A stretch of DNA of 64,000 nucleotides from Nitrospirota bacterium (GTDB lineage Bacteria > Nitrospirota > Nitrospiria > Nitrospirales > Nitrospiraceae): assembly GCA_963703955.1 (NCBI GenBank), contig CAVPGK010000016.1, forward strand, positions 126,477-190,476, read 5' to 3'. Both the position numbers and the translations under genes were made by a program. Below are positions 55,794 to 64,000 of this stretch, piece by piece. Each line of letters opens with the position of its first letter. Within the stretch, counting starts at the first letter, position 1. The notes beneath the pieces were generated by a model that was given only the letters and a program-made list of their open reading frames with translations, did no database searches and had not been told where the DNA came from.

Positions 55794-58569
55794 ATGCAAG
55801 ACTTCTTCTCTCATTCTGTTTCTGATGTGCTACGGGCATTAGACACAACACCGGAGGGCCTGTCACAGGAAGAAGCCCACCGCCGGTTCCTTCAGTATGG
55901 CCCCAATAAATTGGTAGAGGTCAGAGGCTTCCCACTGGCTCAACGGTTTGGCCGCCGAGTTTTCCACTTCCTTGCCATTCTGCTCTGGATTCCGGCTGGC
56001 CTCGCCTTTCTTCCAGAGACCCTCAAACCCGGGGAAGGGATGGCGACCCTCGGCGGCGTGATCCTCGGTGTAATTGTCCTCAACGCAGTCTTTAGCTTCG
56101 TACAGGAATTCAAAGCCGAGCGCGCCGTGCAAGCCTTGCGGCGCCTGTTGCCGGTGACGGTCTGGGTCATGCGGGGCGGGCAACCTCATCAAAATTCTTC
56201 GATCAGATGTGGTGCCTGGCGATGTCCTCTTGCTCGAAGAAGGTGAACACGTGCCGGCAGACGCGCGACTGATTGAAGTCAGCCAAATGCGTGTGGATAA
56301 TTCCGCGCTGACCGGCGAAGCCAAACCCCAGCGTCGGACTGCAGAGCCGGTTTCCGGAGCCACTTCCCTCGAAGCTCCCAATCTGGTCTTTGCCGGCACC
56401 ATCGTGCTCACCGGGCACGGTCGGGCGGTCGTCTATGCGACCGGCATGAAGACGGAATTCGGCCAGATTGCTGCCATGGCGACACGGGTTGAGCCGGCGC
56501 TGAGTCCGCTGCAAAAAGAGGATGCGTGTCCGTCGCGCGCGACGTCACGGTCCTGTCGTTCCTTATGGGGGTCGTCTTTTTTCTCATTGGTCAAACGACC
56601 GGGATGGGCTTCTGGGTCAGCGCAATCTTCGCGATCGGCATCATTGTGGGGAACGTCCCGGAAGGGCTCCTCCCGACCGTGACACTGGCCTTGGCCATGG
56701 CCGGGCAGCGGATGGCTCGTAGGAAGGCCCTGGTCAAACAACTGACCTCGGTCGAGACCCTCGGCTGTACCACCGTAATCTGTACCGATAAGACGGGCAC
56801 CCTCACCGAAAACCGGATGCGCGTCGAACGCCTGTATGTGGGCGGCGACGTAGTCGAGGTGCGAGATCATCGGCTCGTTGGAAATCACGTCGACGCGGGG
56901 ATGAGCGATCGTCCGCCTTGGAGGTCTCTGTTCCGGGCCTTAGCCCTTTGCCACAACACCAAACGCGTACGGCGGACCGGCAAGCGGGTAGCCATCACAG
57001 GAGATCCGACCGAAGTCGCATTCGTTGAATTCGCCCAGCAGCGTGGCAACCGCGAGGACCGCACGATCGAGCACTTTCCTCGGATGGGTGAGTTGCCCTT
57101 TGATACCCTGCGCAAGCGGATGACCGCGATCCATTGGGTCGAAGGAAAATTGGTGGCCTTCGTAAAAGGGGCCCCAGAGTTTGTGCTGCCGCTCTGTAGT
57201 CAACATCACGCCGAAGGAACCATTCGCCCCGTAACCCCGGAAGTGCGCGAAGCCATTCTTGCTCAGAACCGACTCTTCGCCCAGCAAGCCTATCGAGTGC
57301 TGGCCGTGGCGATGCGGGACATCGAATCGGGGATCGCGCAGTCTCTCTTGCCTGAGACGGTGGAACGAGAGCTCACGTTTCTTGGCCTCGTGGCGTTGAT
57401 GGATCCACCGCATCGGGAAGTGCCCGAGGCCATTGTCCGCTGCCAGCAAGCGGGGGTCCGGGTGATTATGATCACCGGGGACCATCCACTCACCGCGCTG
57501 GCGATCGCCCGCCAAATTGGCCTCCTCGATCCGCAGCCAGCTGCCGATCAGGATCTGAGGGAAGCGGTGCTGGAAGGGAACCGACCTGGACAGGCTCAGC
57601 GATGAGGACTTGAAGCGACTGCTCCAAGCCACGCCGTCCCGCCGCGTGTCGGTCTTCGCCCGGATGGCGGCCAGTCAGAAGGTGCGGATCGTCTCGCTCT
57701 TACAGGAACTGGGGGAGGTCGTCGCGGTGACAGGCGATGGGGTGAACGATGCCCCCGCGCTGAAGACAGCTGACATTGGGATCGCCATGGGCGTCGCCGG
57801 TACCGATGTGGCGAAGGAAACCGCCGATATGATCCTGCTGAACGACAACTTCGCGACGATTGTGATCGCCATCGAAGAAGGCCGCGCCGTCTATGCCAAC
57901 ATGCGCAAGTTCGTCACCTATGTTCTCACGCATGCGAATCCCGAAGTCGCGCCGTATTTGTTCTATGGGTTCTTCGCTGTTCCGCCCGCGCTGACTATTC
58001 CTCAGATTCTCGCCATCGACCTCGGCACTGATATTGTTCCGGCCCTAGGGCTTGGAGCCGAAGCCCCGCATCCGGGTAACATGCAAGTCCCACCGCGCCC
58101 GCGCACCGAGCGGCTCCTCAGCCTCCCGGTTCTACTGCGGATTTATGCCTTTCTGGGGCTGATCGAGGCAGGGATTGCGATGGCAGCCTTCTTTTGGTTC
58201 CTCACACTGCACGGCTGGACCTGGGGGACACCGCTCGATTGGACGGAACCCGCTCTATCGCCAAGCCACCACAGTGACCTTGTCGGCCATTGTGCTCTGT
58301 CAGGTGGCCAATGTGTTCGCGCGTGTCGCTCTGAGCGTACCTCGATCTTTCACCCTCGGGTTCTTGAGCAATTCGTTCATCCTCTCGGGGATCGGCATCG
58401 AACTGACCCTACTGGCTCTGTTATCTATACTCCTGTAGGACATCTCATTCTTGAACGGAGCCGCTGCCCGTGCAGGCCTGGGGACCACTGCTTCTCGGAG
58501 CCGTTGGCTTGCTTCTCGCCGAAGAGCTTCGAAAACGTCTCACAACGCGGCTTCCCCTCAGCGGCATAG
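55794..58569 (+). pseudogene. Cation-transporting P-type ATPase (type II), several frameshifts
   Basis: PEGL, DKTGTLT, KGAPE, MITGDH, GDGVNDAPAL, ILAIDLGTD. Confidence 0.88.
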
Positions 58570-58622
58570 CGCTGAAGCAGCAAGGACATCTCTAAACCGG
58601 CGAGGTGCGGCGCGGTGACCAG

Positions 58623-59195
58623 TTACTTCTTGAACGGCTCCTTCACCACCACCTTGACGCCACTGATCGTTCCCGTCACCACATCTCGGACCTGGTTCAC
58701 CGCCGTCGTGCTGATCTCGCCGGCGCCCTTAAGGGCCCCGGTCGCCGCGGCCGTCGCGAGTGCCTCGGCGTTGAGGCCCAAATCCTTGGCGCCTGCAATC
58801 GCGCCCTCCACGGCGCTCCGCGCTGCCTTTGCGACATCGCCCCCGACCTCCGCCGTCGCTTTGACGACCGCACTCGCGCTCGCGCTGACCGCCTCGCTGG
58901 CTCCGACGCCGACCTCCTTCGTGCCACGCAAGACACCCAGAACGGCCGCCTTGGCCGCGGCTCCCAGGTCGCCGCCGACCTCGGCTGTCCCGTGGATCGC
59001 GCCCCGCAGGACGTCGGACACGACGCCCGTGATGGCCGTTCCCACGGCGCCCGTGCCCTTGATCGCGTGCACCAAGGTCTCGCTGACGGTGTCGACGACG
59101 GTGTCGACGACGGCACTGGCGATCTCACCCGTGCCCCGGATCCTACGGACGATCCGGTCCTTGACGGACTCAACAGTACTCTTGGGCTCAGCCAT
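58623..59195 (-). CDS. Ala/Gly/Val-rich protein of seven 22-aa amphipathic repeats
   Basis: RBS GGGAGG; periodic GAxxGxxEVG units. Confidence 0.75.
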   Translation of the reverse strand: MAEPKSTVESVKDRIVRRIRGTGEIASAVVDTVVDTVSETLVHAIKGTGAVGTAITGVVSDVLRGAIHGTAEVGGDLGAAAKAAVLGVLRGTKEVGVGASEAVSASASAVVKATAEVGGDVAKAARSAVEGAIAGAKDLGLNAEALATAAATGALKGAGEISTTAVNQVRDVVTGTISGVKVVVKEPFKK

Positions 59196-59755
59196 AGGTG
59201 ACCTCCCTTCCTTCGGGATCTCCATCGTTACGGGTTTGCCTAGGTTGGACGCCGGAGCCGTGGGGCAGCACCGGCTTACCATTGCTAGGTTAGACTCAGG
59301 TTACACTGCACCAGCCTACGCTACACAAAAATCAAATTCAAGACATGAGAGCCGCCTTCCACCAAGAGAGTTGTGATCACGGATGACTTGCACAAGGATT
59401 CCACAAATTCTCTGAGAGCCTTCCGTCATGCTCGCTCCTGCAGGTCGTCGAGCTCTTAAGAACCGCTGACAGGATGACTGCGTTGATCTTTGATGCTTCT
59501 GACATACAGTGCCTCGACCGGCAGTCGCAAGGATAGACCGTCCGTGCAAGGGTGTCGAGGCCGCCGTGAATCCGTTTACGCTGTTGAAAAAGTGCATGCC
59601 AAGCGCCGAGAAATGGTTCCGGGCGCATTCTCGTTCTTCTGGCAACGTATGCCGGGGTCATCATGTTGGCCAGAGCATCGGTTGACCGCAGTTTCGGGTG
59701 GGCGTAACATGATTCTGTGAGCGTTCTGATCACATCCGCGTTAGAGGAGGCTCTC

Positions 59756-60010
59756 ATGGAGAATCAAGTCGAGGATCAGCCGGTCCTCAATCACATTCAG
59801 CGCCTTGTCGAAGAGGAACACCGATTGTACGAGCAAAGGGCGCACCCCAAAGCCGATCGTAAGCGGCTCGCGCAGGTCCAGGTCGAACTGGATCAGTGCT
59901 GGGACCTGTTGCGCCAGCGACGTGCCCTGCGCGACGTCGGGTATGACCCGGACGACGCGGAAGTTCGACCGCCGCAGGTCGTCGAGAATTATGAGCAGTG
60001 GGGTTTCTGA
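59756..60010 (+). CDS. DUF2630 family protein
   Basis: IQRLVEEEHRL..ELDQCWDLLRQRRA..RPPQVVENYEQ. Confidence 0.85.
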   Translation: MENQVEDQPVLNHIQRLVEEEHRLYEQRAHPKADRKRLAQVQVELDQCWDLLRQRRALRDVGYDPDDAEVRPPQVVENYEQWGF

Positions 60011-60236
60011 TCTACTTCCAGCCGTTAGGCCACCGTTTCAGTTCGCTCACGCCGACAAGCCGACCCGAGTCCAACCCTTGAACTCCTTCAAGATCCGCAA
60101 AACCCGACCAGTGAACTGAAGCAGTAGGGTCCCGTGGCTCTGGCGACAAACACTCAACGGCTCTCAGAGGTGGCTACAAGACAGAACCACAGCCGATGAT
60201 ATTCTGGCGAACCACACGTGTTGGGAACCCTGCGTC

Positions 60237-60920
60237 TCAGTGCAGGAGATGGCGGGACAGGACTATTGCACAGAACGTGGCGAAGCCAAGGAGGATAAGG
60301 CTGAGGATGGCGTTGACGAGGCGGAAGAAGTTCGGGCCGATGCGGTGGGGGGTGAAGCAAACGATGACGGTGAGCGCCGTGAACCAGGTCGTCAGGCCGG
60401 CGGTGACCATCAGGATTCCCAAACCGGGGGCGCTGTAGCCCAAGACTGAATGGGCGAAGGGGAGCCAGTTGGAGGTGACGCCAACCCAGTATGCGATGGT
60501 TAAGGGGTTGAAGATGGTCAGGGCGGCAGCGTTGCCGACTTCGGCGATCAGATGCCCGGGGACGGTGCCTTCGTCCCAGTGTTGGCGAGCGCTGGCATAG
60601 GCTCGCAGGGGCTCCTTGACAGCGCGGACAAGGAAGTAGATCCCCAGCGGAAGCAAGACGATTGCGCCCATGGCCGCCAGGACAGCCTGGAGCGTCGGGT
60701 TGGACAGGTCAGGAAGGAGGAAGTCACCCCCGAGGAGGACCAGAGAGAAGAGGATGAGATCGCCGGTGATGGAGCCAATTCCGCAGGCAAGGGTATGGCG
60801 CCAACCGCCGATCACACCACGGCGGATGGCCAGCATGTTGACAGGGCCCATCGGCGCGGCCGCCGCTAATCCCATCAAGAATGCGGCCGAAAGCACGTGG
60901 ATGTAAGGGACGAGCACCAT
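60237..60920 (-). CDS. LysE family translocator
   Basis: GLAAAAPMGPVNMLAIRRG..; NPLTIAYW. Confidence 0.85.
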   Translation of the reverse strand: MVLVPYIHVLSAAFLMGLAAAAPMGPVNMLAIRRGVIGGWRHTLACGIGSITGDLILFSLVLLGGDFLLPDLSNPTLQAVLAAMGAIVLLPLGIYFLVRAVKEPLRAYASARQHWDEGTVPGHLIAEVGNAAALTIFNPLTIAYWVGVTSNWLPFAHSVLGYSAPGLGILMVTAGLTTWFTALTVIVCFTPHRIGPNFFRLVNAILSLILLGFATFCAIVLSRHLLH

Positions 60921-61013
60921 GTTGCGGCAGATAGAGGTGGATAAACCGCGAAAGAAGTCTTGTCAAGAGGTATGGAGTTAGAATTAGGCGGCGACCTCCC
61001 TGCTCACCTGTTT

Positions 61014-61043
61014 TGGTGCGCCCGGCAGGACTCGAACCTGCGA
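61014..61043 (-). repeat. tRNA 3' fragment (Arg-like acceptor), probable att site
   Basis: rc TCGCAGGTTCGAGTCCTGCCGGGCGCACCA gives T-arm, acceptor 3' strand and CCA; no 5' half. Confidence 0.7.
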
Positions 61044-61591
61044 ACTTTAGCTTTCTATAGCGTTAACCCAACTAAATCAATGAATGGCAAAGCATTTGGT
61101 TGGCAAGACCGATCGGGCTGCAGGTGTGTCGAAAAGGTTGTGAAGAGCTAAGTGCTATCCCCTGGATTCAGGTGAGGATCAAGAGTAGCTGTCGAAGGGG
61201 TCAAAACCAACTGATTATGACCTTCTAACCTCATAGAGAAATGTCGTTCAGGTCTCTTACTCTTCTGGACAACGAGGACCGGTAAGTTGATTCAGCAACC
61301 CACCATCTTTAGAGCTTTGCTCCCTTTTTTCTACTTTAGTTAGCCTTGAGAGTCTTGAGCGCCCTGCGTAATGAGCTCAGCAGCCACGTATTGGGAAACG
61401 ACTTAGCTAAAGTTAGTGTGCAGGAATCTTCTTGTGTTCTGGCTTTGCAGACAAGTGAGGGCTCACAAGTTCGATTCGCACGATTGGCCCCATAAGCTGC
61501 AAGGGCCCTTCGAACTGCACGAAACTCGGCACCTCATCGTCTAGGATCCAGCCATCATAGTGAAAATGGGCCGGGAGCTTGCCGGCGGCCT

Positions 61592-62810
61592 TGACCTTCC
61601 CCCGTTCGTTACACCAGGGCCAACGAAGTTAACTCCTGTGCGGCCTGGGCCCTGTCTTGATGGTGTTTGATGAACTCCATGGGCGTCACATCCCCAATGG
61701 TGCTGTGCGTCCGTTCCTCATTATATTCTCTGCGCCAGGCTTCAATCACAACCTGGGCCTCCTGCAGTGTCAGAAACCAGTGCTCGTTCAAGCACTCATC
61801 CCGAAACTTACCGTTGAAACTCTCGATAAATGCATTTTGGACCGGCTTCCCCGGTTGGATGAAGTACAGCGTCACCCTATGCTGACCGGCCCACGCGTCC
61901 AAGGCGTTCCCTGCGAATTCCGGTCCGTTGTCCAGCATCAAGACCGCCGGCACTGGCCGTCCGGCAAAGACTCGATCGAGAATTCGGCAGACCCGCTCCC
62001 CACCAATCGAGCCATCCACTTCAATCACGGGCACCTCTTTCGAGCACGGATCGGTCATCGTCAAGCCCTTGAACCGCCGGCCATTGGCCAGCCGGTCATG
62101 GACAAAGTCCATCGCATAGCACAGCCCAGGTCGGGTCGGTGTCGGGAGGGCGATGCGGGGGACGGACGTGGTTTTCTTTCGTGGCCGTCGGCGCAACGAG
62201 AGCCCTTCTTCTCGATAGATCCGCTCCACCTTCTTATGATTCACCCGCCACCCTGCCCGTCGCAGCCGGACAGAGATCCGGGGGCATCCATAGCGCCGCT
62301 TGATCACGGCAATCTCGCGGATGCTGGTCCGCAGAGCCGCCTCCTCCTGGCGCCGACTCCGATACCGCAGCGTGTTGCGGTCCACCTCGACTAATCGACA
62401 GACCCGCCGCTGACTCAGCCCAAAGCGCTCGACCAGACACAGCGCCGCCGCTCGCTTCGCCTTGGGCCCTACCAGTTTTTTGCGGTGAGCGCCTTCAACG
62501 CCTGGATATCCAGCGCCTGCTCGGCAACCATTTGCTTTAACCGCCGGTTTTCCTCTTCCAGTTGGCGGAGCTTCTTCACATCGCTGACTTCTAGGCCAGC
62601 ATACTTGGCCCGCCACTGATAGAACGTGGGATCCGAGATGCCGTGCTTGCGACACAGCTCCTGAACCCCGACTCCGGCTTGGGCCTCTTTCAATACCGCC
62701 ATGATCTGCTCCTCCGTATACCGTTTTCGCGTCATGGGCCCCTCCTGTAGGCCCCATCACAGCACAGTCGGACTGCTTAGCCAATGGTGTAGTTTTCAGG
62801 GGGAAGGTCA
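61592..62810 (-). mobile_element. IS3-family (IS407 group) element
   Basis: TIRs TGACCTTCCCCC at both ends; 4-bp TSD GCCT (61588-61591, 62811-62814). Confidence 0.93.
61609..62735 (-). CDS. IS3 transposase OrfA/OrfB joined by a -1 programmed frameshift
   Basis: OrfA 62469-62735 ends at A AAA AAC TGG TAG; OrfB DDE motifs MDFVHD, DNGPEF, PGKPVQNAFIESFNGKFRDE. Confidence 0.92.
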
Positions 62811-62814
62811 GCCT

Positions 62815-63094
62815 TGCCGAGCAACTCCCGAATCGTTCCAATGCACAGGGCAAGATTCCCTGTCGGCGTGTCCATAGACTCCTCAGATTCGAACCGGATG
62901 CCATTCGACGCTGGCTTGACTCATTTTCCCAACCGGATGGTCGGAAGTTCCCCGGTTCCCCTCCGAAAATACCCGCGCAAGATGTAGACGCTCTAATTGC
63001 GTCGGCGAAACGGAGCGTCTATACTGCCGTCCACGGGGAAACCTACGTAACACCGAGTCCCACTAGAAAGGAGAGAAATAATGGGACTCGTTAA
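62815..63094 (+). pseudogene. Excisionase-like HTH protein interrupted by IS3
   Basis: QGKIPCRRVHRLLRFEPDAIRRWL; in frame with ATG 61566 once the IS and one TSD are removed. Confidence 0.6.
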
Positions 63095-64000
63095 GCGAGG
63101 CACTATGTGGTGGATGTCGTTCATGTATCAAGGTCGTCAGATCCGACGATCGAGCGGCACGTCTGATAAGCGATTGGCTGAAGCGATCCTGGCAAAGATC
63201 AAGGTGCAGATGATCGAAGGTCGGTTCTTTGAGAAATCGGTGGAGCCACAACGAACCTTCACGGAACTGATGGACCGGTTCCAAAATGAGCATGCAGTGA
63301 AGCGCGCCAGCTATCGCCGGTTTCTCATCAGTATCAAACACCTGAAGGCGTTTTTCCGTAATCCGAAACTCGATCACATTACACCGAGGTCGATCGTGGC
63401 TTACAAAAACAAGCGGTATGCCGATGGCGTCCAGCCGGCCACGATTAATCGAGAGCTGACAGCGCTGAAGAAAGCCTTTAACTTGGCTCGGCGCGAATGG
63501 GAATGGTGCCAGGACAATCCCGTGTGCCGCGTGTCGATGGAAAAAGAGGACAATACTCGTGATCGATGGCTGGCGCTCGAAGAGGAACAGCGACTAGTAG
63601 AGGCGGCCATGCCATGGTTACGTGAGCTGATTGTCTTCGCAATTCACACGGGAATGCGCATGGGGGAAATTCTGGCCCTCACCTGGTCAGCCGTCGATCT
63701 GTTTCGGAAAACGGTGACGGTCTTCAAATCGAAGAACGGGGAACGCCGCACGATTCCCCTTAATCAGACCGTGCTGGAATTGCTCAAACGAAAATACGCC
63801 ATGCGACAAGCTACAACCGACTTGGTATTTCATAGCCAATCCAAAACGCTCCTCGATGGGTGTAATCTTCGTCGAGCGTTTCGGAGAGCGGTTGCTCTTG
63901 CGAAGATTGAGGATCTACATTTCCACGATCTTCGACATACATTTGCGACTCGGATGGTACAGGCCGGAGTGGACCTGTATAAGGTTCAGCGCTTGCTGGG
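63081..64000 (+). CDS. Tyrosine integrase (runs off the window)
   Basis: MGLVKRGTMWWMSF, ATINREL, HTGMRMGE, KSKNG, FHDLRHTFATRM; RBS AAGGAG. Confidence 0.92.
   Translation, partial: MGLVKRGTMWWMSFMYQGRQIRRSSGTSDKRLAEAILAKIKVQMIEGRFFEKSVEPQRTFTELMDRFQNEHAVKRASYRRFLISIKHLKAFFRNPKLDHITPRSIVAYKNKRYADGVQPATINRELTALKKAFNLARREWEWCQDNPVCRVSMEKEDNTRDRWLALEEEQRLVEAAMPWLRELIVFAIHTGMRMGEILALTWSAVDLFRKTVTVFKSKNGERRTIPLNQTVLELLKRKYAMRQATTDLVFHSQSKTLLDGCNLRRAFRRAVALAKIEDLHFHDLRHTFATRMVQAGVDLYKVQRLL

Overview
Bacterial chromosomal window, most likely from a Nitrospira-like (Nitrospirota) genome; this is inferred from gene order and protein families, not proven. 1-6.2 kb holds a secreted tandem beta-helix protein and a dense, partly decayed toxin-antitoxin cluster built on a type I R-M remnant. 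6.3-27.8 kb is core genome: trmH-like, proA, an unknown 603-aa gene, a PyrR-attenuated pyrR-pyrB-pyrC-DUF4149-carA-sppA-M48-carB-greA cluster, hsp20, clpB and an SDR. 27.9-64 kb is an accessory mosaic. It contains an orphan filamentous-haemagglutinin-like gene, surface-modification genes, and tandem tyrosine-integrase elements at tRNA-Thr(TGT), with a 48-bp att repeat and paired arm-type sites. A third element is bounded by a tRNA-Arg-like 3' fragment. There is a complete IS1595 (8-bp TSD) and a complete IS3/IS407-group element (4-bp TSD) inserted in an excisionase. The cargo is a decaying stress/dormancy set: 3 CBS proteins, HPF-CSD with a sigma54 promoter, USP, NAPRTase, a P-type ATPase, GalT and a 22-aa-repeat amphipathic protein. 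Many accessory genes are frameshifted or chimeric, and some of the frameshifts may be sequencing errors. I cannot establish a wholly new system from sequence alone; the best candidates are listed as findings.
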